A stretch of DNA of 39,013 nucleotides from Candidatus Acidiferrum sp. (GCA_041495565.1 JBGQCW010000001.1:1-39013), one strand, 5' to 3'. Positions 9,133 through 17,758 are shown, counted from the first letter of the stretch. The notes: generated by a model from the sequence alone, not told the origin. Numbers and translations are program-made.

Positions 9133-10128
9133 ATGAACGCACCGGGAATCGCGCTTCTCCCGCAGGAGCCGGAAACGTCGCTGAATTCGCTTTCACACGG
9201 CGGTCACTGGTGGGAGCGTCTCGTGCGTCGTTGCGCCAGTGCCGGGTGCCCCCATCGGGGAAAGTTCTGGTCGGCCTGGCTTCACGCCACTCGCGGTGTC
9301 GAATTCGAAGGCCGCTGGTATTGCGAGCTTTCTTGTCTGAAATCGTTCGTTGCTTTTCGGGTGCAAAGTCTGCTCGCCAGTTTTCGTCAGGAAAAACCTC
9401 GCGCCTTCCGACTGCCTCTGGGCCTGCTGCTCATTAACCGCGGTGCTCTTTCTCAAGAACAGCTGCGCTCCGCGCTCCAACAGCAGCGCGAATCCGGCCG
9501 CGGCAGGATTGGCGATTGGTTTCTCCAACTGGGCATGGTCACCGAACAGCAACTTACCCAGGCGCTCGGCCAGCAATGGGGCTGTCCCGTTTTCCCCCTC
9601 GACTTCCAGCCCGCGAAATTGTCCTGGAACGATCTCCTCCCGGTTCCTCTGCTCGAATCCGCTTGCGCCGTTCTCGCCCATGCTTCTCCTGACGGTCGGC
9701 TGCTCCATCTCGCCTTCGCCGATCCCGTGGATCACACCTTCCTCTATGCCGTCGAACAGATGCTCGGCTGCCGGACCGTCGCTTGCGTTTCCTCTGCCAG
9801 CGTCATCGCCCGTCTCCTCGATCATCTCCGTCGCACGGCTGCCCGTGAAGAGACCTCCTTCGACACTGTTCGTGACCCTTGCGACATGACCTCCACCATT
9901 TGTAATTACGCGGAGGAATTGCAAGCCACCAGGATCTCCCTGGCTCGCGCGGCCGCCTACCTCTGGGTCCGTTTTCACCGAAACCGTTCTTCACGGGATC
10001 TGCTTTTCCGTGTTCTCCCGGAACCGAATCTCGCTTTCGCCGATCGCCTCACCGGTCTGGCCAAGGCATTTTCTGCTTCTGCCAATCAAGGAAAGGATGG
10101 CGTCTCGGACGCCCCCGAACCACTATGA
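9133..10128 (+). CDS. Cys-rich N-domain + tandem MshEN motif + T2SSE/PilB N-terminal-like protein, no ATPase domain
   Basis: CASAGC...WYCELSC; PLGLLLINRGALSQEQLRSALQQQ / RIGDWFLQLGMVTEQQLTQALGQQ; LHLAFADPVD; no Walker A. Confidence 0.8.
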   Translation: MNAPGIALLPQEPETSLNSLSHGGHWWERLVRRCASAGCPHRGKFWSAWLHATRGVEFEGRWYCELSCLKSFVAFRVQSLLASFRQEKPRAFRLPLGLLLINRGALSQEQLRSALQQQRESGRGRIGDWFLQLGMVTEQQLTQALGQQWGCPVFPLDFQPAKLSWNDLLPVPLLESACAVLAHASPDGRLLHLAFADPVDHTFLYAVEQMLGCRTVACVSSASVIARLLDHLRRTAAREETSFDTVRDPCDMTSTICNYAEELQATRISLARAAAYLWVRFHRNRSSRDLLFRVLPEPNLAFADRLTGLAKAFSASANQGKDGVSDAPEPL

Positions 10129-11141
10129 CCTCATCCGTAAGCTCCGCGAATCCTCGTTCGCCGGCCAACTCAGCCTTTACCCTTGAGCAGCAAGATCGCC
10201 GTAAGAAGCGTCTAATGGCCATTCTCGGCCAGGGCCTCCCGACGCTGCCTAATTATGTTCTCGATCTTAACGCCCTCCTCAGCGCAGCCACCGTTGACTT
10301 GAAGAAAGTCGGAAACATCATTCGCACCGACCCCAGCCTCAGTGCTCAGGTACTTCGCCTTTGTAATTCCGCTCTCTTCGGTTTGCGTAGCCGCGTCCTC
10401 AGCATTGAGCAGGCCGCCATTCTTCTCGGCACCGAGCGTCTCCGCACTCTCGTCCTTACTTGCTCGGTCATGCAATTTGCTGGAAAGCGCCTGCCTGTTA
10501 CTCAACTCTTGGCCTTCTGGCAGCACAGTTTTCTTTGCGCCCTCCTTAGCGAACGCGTCGCCCACCAGGTCGACTATTTTGAAAAGGAACAGGCCTACCT
10601 CGGCGGCCTTCTTCACGACATCGGCCAGTTACCGCTTTGGATTCTGGTCGTCGAGGAAGGAGCCAAGCAGCGAGTTCTTCCTCCTTCCGATTGGGCGGAC
10701 AACGTTCCCCTCGAGCGCGATTACTTCGGCACGGACCACTGCAGAGTTGGCCGCTGGATGGCCGTGGCGTGGAACTTCATGCCTTCGTTCGTTGACGTTT
10801 TCGAACATCATCACTCCCCTGATCGCGCGGGGCATGATCCCTACCTCGTTGGCATCGTTGCCGTTGCCGATCAATTCCTGATGACTCAGATCGAAGTTCC
10901 TCCGGTGAATCCCGGAGAGGTTTCGCAACCTCCGGAACCTTCACCTTCTCACGAACAGGAAGGACCCACTTTCATCCAGCATTGTTTGCCGCTTCTGGCC
11001 GAAGCCGAGCGCCAGGCCGTCATGGACATGTTGCAGACCGAGTACATCCATCTCTTGCCGCTGGTACAACTTGGGTTGGCCAACGCTACATCCGGGGCCG
11101 GCGAAACCACGAATTCCGCAAATCCAGGGGAAGCGCAGTGA
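10125..11141 (+). CDS. HDOD domain signalling protein
   Basis: LPTLP, DPSLSAQVLRLCNS..FG, FWQHS, GLLHDIG, DH..VG.W.A..WNF...HH. Confidence 0.92.
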   Translation: MTSSVSSANPRSPANSAFTLEQQDRRKKRLMAILGQGLPTLPNYVLDLNALLSAATVDLKKVGNIIRTDPSLSAQVLRLCNSALFGLRSRVLSIEQAAILLGTERLRTLVLTCSVMQFAGKRLPVTQLLAFWQHSFLCALLSERVAHQVDYFEKEQAYLGGLLHDIGQLPLWILVVEEGAKQRVLPPSDWADNVPLERDYFGTDHCRVGRWMAVAWNFMPSFVDVFEHHHSPDRAGHDPYLVGIVAVADQFLMTQIEVPPVNPGEVSQPPEPSPSHEQEGPTFIQHCLPLLAEAERQAVMDMLQTEYIHLLPLVQLGLANATSGAGETTNSANPGEAQ

Positions 11142-11538
11142 AAAAACTAAGAGTGCTCATCGTCGACGATTCCTCCGTCATGCGGAAAATCGTCGAGCGG
11201 TCACTCCGGCGGGCAGGCTTGGATCTTGCTGAAGTTCTCGAGTCGCTGACGGCGGCGAAGCCCTTGTCGCCGTCCAGAAAGGATCGTTCGATCTCATCGT
11301 GTGTGACATCAATATGCCCGCTGTCGACGGTCTTGAGTTCTTGAAAAGTCTCGCTGGCGTCGAATCTGCCAAAGGTGTTCCCGTAGTGATGATCAGCACC
11401 GAAGGTTGCGAAGTCCGCGTTGTCGAGGCTCTCTCCGCCGGGGCCAAGGGCTACCTTCGGAAGCCCTTCACGCCACAGCAGGTCAAGGAACGGATCGCCC
11501 CGCCCCGCCCCGCCCCGCTTCTCGGAGGTGTCAAGTGA
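11138..11538 (+). pseudogene. cheY: CheY-like single-domain response regulator with a 1-nt deletion near 11243
   Basis: Frame 1 gives KLRVLIVDDSSVMRKIV..EVLE; after 'tc' the second frame gives ADGGEALVAVQKGSFDLIVCDINMP.VDGLEFL...VVMISTE...GYLRKPF. Confidence 0.85.
11496..11515 (+). repeat. (CGCCC)4 simple sequence repeat in the cheY 3' end
   Basis: cgccc cgccc cgccc cgccc read directly. Confidence 0.85.
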
Positions 11539-11670
11539 GCAGCACATTGAGCCAGGCGGCGAATACGCACGTCCGTTCCGAGCCTTCCTGAAAAAGCACC
11601 CCCGAACGCTCTGCAATCGAAGTTTTCGAGAGGCTGGCCAGCTATGCGGTCCTCTCTTAGTCGAGAACCA
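11535..11670 (+). pseudogene. Decayed cheX-like remnant
   Basis: GGAGGT SD and a GTG overlapping the cheY stop; in-frame TGA at 11589, then ERSAIEVFE; AGQLCG in a shifted frame immediately after. Confidence 0.55.
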
Positions 11671-11942
11671 TGCGAAGAGATGGATTTCCTGCCGTTTTTC
11701 GGCACTTCGAAATCGCGGTTTGTTCTAGTTTCGTCAATTCTCGCGACAGTCTGCTCGCTCTCTGCCCGGCAGGATATTCCTCCTCGCGCGGTTGACCCGG
11801 CAAAATTGGCCGGATCCGCTGAGCGCCCTCTGCACGCAAGCTCCTCTCGCATCGGAGCGTCCGTCTTTTCAATCAGTTCCCGAATCTTACAAATCGCTTA
11901 GATGGTCCTGCGCGTGCACCTGTCCTTCATGGAGGTGACGCG

Positions 11943-12677
11943 ATGAACAGCGGCTTCTATTCTGCTTTCGCCGGCTTCGCTGCGCGCATGGATGCCCTTG
12001 AACTCGTCGCCAACAATCTTGCCAACGCCAACACAGTTGGTTTTAAGGCCCAGCATGAATTCTATCGTTCCTTCGCTGCCTGGCTCCAGCCCTCGCTCTC
12101 GACGCCCATCAACGATGCCGTGAATCACTACGGCGTACTCGGCGGCGCGCGCCTTGACCTTTCTCCCAGTTCCCTCGAGCCCACCGGAAACGACACCGAT
12201 GTCGCGCTGGAAGGAACCGGCTTCTTCACGGTACAAACCAAGAACGGTCTTCGTTACACCCGCGCCGGTAATTTCAGTCTCAATGCGCAGCGTCAGCTCG
12301 TCAGCGCACAAGGTGATCTCGTCCAGGGAAATCAGGGGCCCATTCAGATTCCCTCGGGCCAGCTCTCCATCAGCCCTGATGGCACGATCTCCGTGGATGG
12401 CACGCTCGTCTCGAAACTCAAAGTCGCGGATTTCGCGCCAAATACGCAGCTAGTTCCGGAAGGCAGCACCTACTTCCTTGCGCCGCAAGGAACCGTCAAG
12501 TCCGCGGCGGACGTAAACGTCCGCCAGGGCAATCTCGAATCATCCAACAGCGATCCGATTCGCAGCGCCGTGGCCCTCATCGAACTTCAACGCACCGCGC
12601 AGCTTATGGAAAAAGCCATGTTCATCTTTCACAATGAATTTAATCGCACCGCAGCCGTGCAGATCCCGCAAGTCTAG
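11943..12677 (+). CDS. flgF: Flagellar basal-body rod protein FlgF
   Basis: ANNLANANTVGFK, TGN..DVAL.G.GFF, YTRAGNF, QGNLE.SN; upstream of flgG; GGAGGT SD. Confidence 0.88.
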   Translation: MNSGFYSAFAGFAARMDALELVANNLANANTVGFKAQHEFYRSFAAWLQPSLSTPINDAVNHYGVLGGARLDLSPSSLEPTGNDTDVALEGTGFFTVQTKNGLRYTRAGNFSLNAQRQLVSAQGDLVQGNQGPIQIPSGQLSISPDGTISVDGTLVSKLKVADFAPNTQLVPEGSTYFLAPQGTVKSAADVNVRQGNLESSNSDPIRSAVALIELQRTAQLMEKAMFIFHNEFNRTAAVQIPQV

Positions 12678-12701
12678 CTTTTCAAAGGAGCAAACACCCT
12701 C

Positions 12702-13493
12702 ATGTATCGCGCCCTTTACACCGCAGCGAGCGGCATGCAGACCCAGCAGTTGAATCTCGAAAATGTTGCCAACAACCTTGCGAACGCCAGCACCGCCGGT
12801 TTTCGCCGTCGCCGTCTCCAGTTTCAGGACTTGATTTATCAGAACTTGGTCATGCCCGGAGCTGCTTCGACCCAGCAGACCACTTTTCCAACCGGTTTGC
12901 AGATCGGACTCGGCGCGCGCCCCGCTGCTTCCGAAATCATTCAGGCGCAGGGCGACTTCAATACCACCGGTAATCCGCTCGATCTCACCATTCAGGGCCA
13001 GGGATTTTTCCAGGTGCAGTTGCCCACCGGCGAAACCGCCTACACTCGCGCCGGCGCTTTTCATCTCGATTCCACCGGAATCATCGTCACTTCCGATGGC
13101 AACCAGCTTCAGCCCGCCATCACGATTCCGCCTAGTGCCACGAACATCACCATCGGCACTGATGGAACCGTCAGCGTCCAGCTCCCGGGCCAGACACAGG
13201 CCCAGCAGGTTGGCACCATCCAGCTCGCCACGTTCGCCAATCCCGGCGGCTTGAACAGCGTCGGCAGCAATCTCTATCTGGAGACGACGGCTTCGGGCAA
13301 TCCTATCGTCGGAACTCCTGGCGGTTCCGAAGGTCTCGGCACCATTCAACAAGGCGCGCTCGAAAACTCGAACGTCGATGTCGTCGGCGAATTCATTCAG
13401 ATGATCCTGGCGCAGCGCTCCTACGAAGCGAATTCACGCGTTGTCCATGCCGCCGATCAGATGTTCCAGACCATCAACGCACTTACGGCTTGA
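12702..13493 (+). CDS. flgG: Flagellar basal-body rod protein FlgG
   Basis: [54 protein letters not shown]. Confidence 0.96.
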   Translation: MYRALYTAASGMQTQQLNLENVANNLANASTAGFRRRRLQFQDLIYQNLVMPGAASTQQTTFPTGLQIGLGARPAASEIIQAQGDFNTTGNPLDLTIQGQGFFQVQLPTGETAYTRAGAFHLDSTGIIVTSDGNQLQPAITIPPSATNITIGTDGTVSVQLPGQTQAQQVGTIQLATFANPGGLNSVGSNLYLETTASGNPIVGTPGGSEGLGTIQQGALENSNVDVVGEFIQMILAQRSYEANSRVVHAADQMFQTINALTA

Positions 13494-13504
13494 TGGAGGC
13501 GTTC

Positions 13505-14353
13505 ATGCGGCGCACTTACATTTCACTTCTACTCTTGCTTCTCCTCGGCGGCATTTTCCTCGTCCTCGGCGCTCACGCCGGAAGTTTGCGGATCGCGCTC
13601 CTCGATAGCGCTGAAGTCCGCGGCGATGCCATCGTCCTTGCCGATCTATTGCCGAAGGACGCGCCGCGTTTCATTCGTGAAGTTGCGGAGAAGATTTCAC
13701 TCGGTACCGCGCCGCAAAATGGCACATCGCGCCGTCTCTCTCGCTCCGCTGTTCTCGCTGCTGTCATGGCCAATGGACTCCCGGAGTCCGCATTCGAGAT
13801 ACCGGACATCATGACCGTACAACGAGCTGCTCACTTGGTTACTCGCGGGGAAGCTTTTGCCGCGATTCAAAAGGCCTTGGCAAAAAGCAAAGGCTCCGCT
13901 TTACCGGACTTTCAGCTTGAGGATATTTCTCTGAATGCTGTCCCGCTGCCGGACCGAGCCTCCCAGCTTGAGGTAACGGAGATTGCCTTCGATGAATTTA
14001 TAGGCCGCGCTCGCTTTCGTCTTTGGTCAAAGTCCGCGCCCGGCGTCCATCCGTTTTACATCACCGCGCGCCTCCCGTTCCGGCCGGCCGCAATTCCGTC
14101 CTCTTCGATTCAAGCGTTCAGTGCGGGATTCATCGCTTCGTCTCCAACCCTGCCGGTTGTTTCGCCGGTTCTCGTCGAAGCGGGCCGCACCGCCCGTCTC
14201 CATCTCCATTCGTCAAATTCCAATATCCTTCTCGAAGTGAAGCCGCTCCAGCGGGGCCGCCTCGGTGAAATCATTCGTGTGCGTTTGCCCGGCAGCGGTA
14301 AGACTCTCCAGGCCCGCGTTGTCGAAGGCGGTGATCTCGATGCCGGTTTTTAG
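13505..14353 (+). CDS. flgA: Flagellar P-ring assembly chaperone FlgA
   Basis: Signal peptide; I.L.DL; C-terminal LV.AG....LQRG.LGE.IRVR...SGK...ARVV; lies between flgG and flgH. Confidence 0.8.
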   Translation: MRRTYISLLLLLLLGGIFLVLGAHAGSLRIALLDSAEVRGDAIVLADLLPKDAPRFIREVAEKISLGTAPQNGTSRRLSRSAVLAAVMANGLPESAFEIPDIMTVQRAAHLVTRGEAFAAIQKALAKSKGSALPDFQLEDISLNAVPLPDRASQLEVTEIAFDEFIGRARFRLWSKSAPGVHPFYITARLPFRPAAIPSSSIQAFSAGFIASSPTLPVVSPVLVEAGRTARLHLHSSNSNILLEVKPLQRGRLGEIIRVRLPGSGKTLQARVVEGGDLDAGF

Positions 14354-14363
14354 GAGCTCCTCA

Positions 14364-15083
14364 ATGTTCCTTCGTTTCCCATCCAAAATCGCGATGCTTC
14401 TCGTGTTCACGGCTGTTCTGCCCCTCGCGTCTCAGGCCATCCCGCGATTTAAGAAGTCGAAATCTGTTTCCACCTCGAACTACCTGGACGAGTACCTCAA
14501 GCGCGCCCGCGCCATGAATCTTCCCGCACCAGGATCGCCCGGCAGCTTGTGGGTAGCCACGGGCCCACTCTCGGCCCTGGCCACGGACTACAAGGCGCGC
14601 AATGCGGGCGATCTCGTCATCATCCATCTCGTCGACAATTTCTCCGCGGCGACTAACGGCGAGAACAAACAGCAGCGTCAATTCGCCGCGCAGTCCAGTG
14701 TCACGAGTTTGCTCGGCAAACTCAGCGCCAACAACACCCTGCAGAACTTGCTCAATGGAGCCTCCAGCCATAGCCTCGACGGCAAAGGCCAGTCCAGCAT
14801 GAGCTCAAATGTTTCCATGAATCTCGCGGCCCAGGTTCTTGAAGTTCTCCCCAACGGCGTGCTGGTTGTCCAGGCCGCCCGCGACATCACCGTCGGCAAC
14901 GACCGGCAGACCGTTATTCTCCGTGGCCTGGTTCGACCGGGCGAACTCGCTTCCGACAATTCCATCTCTTCCAACTCCATCGCCAGTCTCGAAGTGGAAA
15001 TTAAAGGGAAGGGCGCCGTCGCCGAAGCCTCGCGCCAGCCGAATATCGTCGTTCGCACCTTATTGCGGCTTTTTAACTTCTGA
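14364..15083 (+). CDS. flgH: Flagellar L-ring protein FlgH
   Basis: GSLW, D.KA...GD.V.I, V.EVLPNG.L, LRG.VRP; AGGAG before ATG 14364. Confidence 0.92.
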   Translation: MFLRFPSKIAMLLVFTAVLPLASQAIPRFKKSKSVSTSNYLDEYLKRARAMNLPAPGSPGSLWVATGPLSALATDYKARNAGDLVIIHLVDNFSAATNGENKQQRQFAAQSSVTSLLGKLSANNTLQNLLNGASSHSLDGKGQSSMSSNVSMNLAAQVLEVLPNGVLVVQAARDITVGNDRQTVILRGLVRPGELASDNSISSNSIASLEVEIKGKGAVAEASRQPNIVVRTLLRLFNF

Positions 15084-15093
15084 AAGGACCACC

Positions 15094-16257
15094 ATGCTCT
15101 CACCCATCCGCACTCTCCTGCGCGCCGCGATTTCGGTATACCTCGTTTTTGCCATGCCTCTGCTTGTGCAGGCCTCCGATCAGCCCGCGCCTCCTCCCCC
15201 TCTCGCGCCGCACATGGCGCGCATCAAAGACGTGACTTCCGTTGAAGGCATCCGCGACAACATGCTCCTCGGCTACGGCCTCGTCGTCGGCCTCAACGGC
15301 ACCGGTGACAAACAGCAAACCATCTTCTCCATTCAGACTCTGGGCAGCATGCTCGAGCGCATGGGCGTCAACATCAAGGACAAGATTTCCAACATCCAGG
15401 TTCGCAACATCGCCGCTGTCTTTGTCACCGCCACGCTCCCTCCCTTCTCCCGCCCCGGTCTCAAGATCGATGTCACGGTTTCTTCCATCGGCGACGCCAA
15501 GAGTCTCGCCGGCGGTACGCTCCTCCTGACGCCGCTTGCTGCGCCGGATGGCCAGGTCTACGCCGTCGCGCAAGGGCCTCTGGTCATCGGCGGCTACAGT
15601 GCCGGCACAAGTGCTAACGCCAAGGTCGTAAATCATCCCAATGTTGGCCGCATTCCGCTCGGCGCGCTCGTGGAACGCGATGCTTCTCTCAATCTTTCGC
15701 AAATGAACTTGCTTTCGCTTCTTCTCCGCGATGATGACTTTGACACCGCACGTGATGTCGCCTCTGTCATTAACAAAGAACTGGGTACACCGGCCGCGCG
15801 CGTTGTTGACAGCCGTCGCATCGAAATCGCCGATGTCAAAACGGCCGCGGGCGACGTTCCCGCGCTCATGGCGCGCATCGGCGATCTCACCGTGCACACC
15901 AATCCCTCGGCCAAAGTCGTCGTGAACGAGCGCACCGGTACCGTCGTCATGGGCGGCAACGTCACCATCAGTGCGTGCGCCATCCTCCACGGCAATCTCT
16001 CGATTCAAGTCACCACCGAATTCCAGGTCTCTCAACCCGCGCCCTTTTCTAAGACCGGACAAACCGAGGTCGTACCGCAAACCCAGGTCCAGGCCCAGGA
16101 AGCACCCGTCCAGGTTCTCCAACTCAAGGAAGGCGCCACCGTCGAGGAGTTAATCCGCGGATTGCAAACTATGGGTGCTTCCGCGCGTGACGTCGTCGCT
16201 ATTCTGCAATCCATCAAAGCCGCTGGCGCCCTCAACGCCGAACTGGAGGTGTTGTGA
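15094..16257 (+). CDS. flgI: Flagellar P-ring protein FlgI
   Basis: RIKD....G.R.N.L.GYGLVVGLNGTGD, N.AAV.VTA.LPPF, AKVVVNERTGTVV, ILQ.IK.AGAL.AEL. Confidence 0.97.
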   Translation: MLSPIRTLLRAAISVYLVFAMPLLVQASDQPAPPPPLAPHMARIKDVTSVEGIRDNMLLGYGLVVGLNGTGDKQQTIFSIQTLGSMLERMGVNIKDKISNIQVRNIAAVFVTATLPPFSRPGLKIDVTVSSIGDAKSLAGGTLLLTPLAAPDGQVYAVAQGPLVIGGYSAGTSANAKVVNHPNVGRIPLGALVERDASLNLSQMNLLSLLLRDDDFDTARDVASVINKELGTPAARVVDSRRIEIADVKTAAGDVPALMARIGDLTVHTNPSAKVVVNERTGTVVMGGNVTISACAILHGNLSIQVTTEFQVSQPAPFSKTGQTEVVPQTQVQAQEAPVQVLQLKEGATVEELIRGLQTMGASARDVVAILQSIKAAGALNAELEVL

Positions 16258-16661
16258 TGGGCCCATTCGATTCCTATGTCTCCCACGCTTCCGGGAATAC
16301 CGCCGCGTCTCTGTCCCAATTCGGGAAATTGAATTCGAACGCATCGCTACTGGACTCACCTGCTGACAGAAAACTACGCAAAGCCGCCGGCGAATTTGAA
16401 TCGCTCCTTCTTTCCAACCTCTGGAAGTCCATGAAATCCACTTTTGCCTCCTCCGACGACGACGATTCCACCGATCCTGCTCACGACACCCTCGAAAACA
16501 TGGGCGTGGACGCCATGGCCGGAGCGGTCGGGAAGGCCGGGGGCCTGGGACTTGGCAAGCTGATCCTGAAACACTTAGAGCCCATGCTTTTGCAATCCCA
16601 GGCAGGGAAGGACGCGAATTCGGGTAAAGTTTCGGCTTCCCCTGCCGATACTTCTTATTGA
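16257..16661 (+). CDS. flgJ: FlgJ rod-binding domain only (no muramidase domain)
   Basis: KLRKAA.EFES..L..L.KSM, GGLGLG..I; follows flgI. Confidence 0.8.
   Translation: MGPFDSYVSHASGNTAASLSQFGKLNSNASLLDSPADRKLRKAAGEFESLLLSNLWKSMKSTFASSDDDDSTDPAHDTLENMGVDAMAGAVGKAGGLGLGKLILKHLEPMLLQSQAGKDANSGKVSASPADTSY
16625..16651 (+). promoter_or_regulatory. Sigma28 promoter inside the flgJ 3' end
   Basis: TAAA-N15-GCCGATAC. Confidence 0.75.
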
Positions 16662-16686
16662 GAAGCGCTGGAGCAACGTGCGCCAT

Positions 16687-16713
16687 TAAAGTTTTCTAAG
16701 ATTTGGCCGATAG
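16687..16713 (+). promoter_or_regulatory. Sigma28 promoter upstream of flgM
   Basis: TAAA-N15-GCCGATAG. Confidence 0.85.
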
Positions 16714-16776
16714 GAATTGAAATCGCAGGGCATCTATGATTCGAGCAGACGGCCCTAAGACACCAGGAGTCAGTTT

Positions 16777-17100
16777 ATGAAGATCGACCCAAGAATTCAG
16801 CTTCCCAGCGATGCCCAGCCGGAACGCGTAAAGAACACCGGCAAGGGCGGGACTCAGTCCCAAGGTGTGGCGAATACCTCCGGAGTTTCGTCCGCTGCCG
16901 GCGAAGATACCGTCAAGCTCTCCAGCGCGCACGGAGAAGTGCAGACTCTCGCCGCCAGCCTGAACAAAGTGCCGGAAGTGCGCACCGAGCGCGTCCAAGC
17001 TCTTCAACAGCGCGTGCAAAGTGGTCAGTACAACCCGGACAGCAAGAAAGTGGCTGACGCCATCATTAAGGATCACATCAGGGTCAACACGAAGGCGTAA
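16777..17100 (+). CDS. flgM: Anti-sigma28 factor FlgM
   Basis: DTVKLS, PEVRTERVQAL...VQSGQY.PD..KVADAI; AGGAG SD. Confidence 0.93.
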   Translation: MKIDPRIQLPSDAQPERVKNTGKGGTQSQGVANTSGVSSAAGEDTVKLSSAHGEVQTLAASLNKVPEVRTERVQALQQRVQSGQYNPDSKKVADAIIKDHIRVNTKA

Positions 17101-17117
17101 CGCTGAGTAACTCCTCG

Positions 17118-17294
17118 ATGGAAAATCTGAGTCCATCGCGCATTCTACCGCTCTCACCGGGAGAAGAAAAAGATCGCGATCCGGAGCGCCCGAAGAAGCC
17201 GGAAAAATCGCAGGCGGCGCGGGCCAGCGTTCCTCCTCCACCCTTGGTGGAAGCGGAGAATGAAGAAAAACACGAGCTCGATGAACGGGCCTAA
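17118..17294 (+). CDS. Small hypothetical protein (58 aa), below the ORF-track cutoff
   Basis: ATG 17118 to TAA 17294 fills the flgM-flgN gap and stops 3 nt before flgN; MENLSPSRILPLSPGEEKDRDPERPKKPEKSQAARASVPPPPLVEAENEEKHELDERA. Confidence 0.6.
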   Translation: MENLSPSRILPLSPGEEKDRDPERPKKPEKSQAARASVPPPPLVEAENEEKHELDERA

Positions 17295-17297
17295 AAC

Positions 17298-17756
17298 GTG
17301 ACTGCCGAAACCCAACGCTACCTGGAACTTCTTGAACAGCGCATCGCTCTGCTGAGTTCTCTCGCGGAGTCATTGTCCGCTGCGAGCACCGGACTGGTTT
17401 CCTTCGATCTGGACAGCCTGGAGTCCCGCATCGCCGAGCAAGAACGCCTGTGCACGGATATCGGCGCGCTCGACGGACAAATTGATCGAGTGCAGCGGCA
17501 GTGCGCGGCCCATCTTGCCACGGCGCACAATCAGGATTCACGCACCGCGCCGGATCCAGACACGCGCCGCTTGCGCGAGACGGCCGGCCGCTTGAGCAAG
17601 GTTCAATCCACCGTGAAGCAACTCAACGACGCGCATCAGATTCTGCTGCGCCGGTCGCGTCGCACCGTCGGCGCGCTTTTGAATTCGTATCACTCATTTG
17701 CCATGACGTATTCCGACCCCTCAGCGGTTCGCGTAACCGCGGGAGAAAGGCTGTAA
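17298..17756 (+). CDS. flgN: Flagellar export chaperone FlgN
   Basis: Helical; D...LE.....QE.L, V..LN......L; position between flgM and flgK. Confidence 0.75.
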   Translation: MTAETQRYLELLEQRIALLSSLAESLSAASTGLVSFDLDSLESRIAEQERLCTDIGALDGQIDRVQRQCAAHLATAHNQDSRTAPDPDTRRLRETAGRLSKVQSTVKQLNDAHQILLRRSRRTVGALLNSYHSFAMTYSDPSAVRVTAGERL

Positions 17757-17758
17757 GC

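Noticed and set aside
10020-10046. GGAA-N15-GCCGATCG as another sigma28 promoter
   Set aside because: Poor -35 box, and GCCGAT is common in GC-rich coding DNA (Ala-Asp)
11589-11591. Selenocysteine/readthrough TGA in the cheX-like ORF
   Set aside because: The downstream sequence is also deleted and frameshifted, and no SECIS-like hairpin was identified
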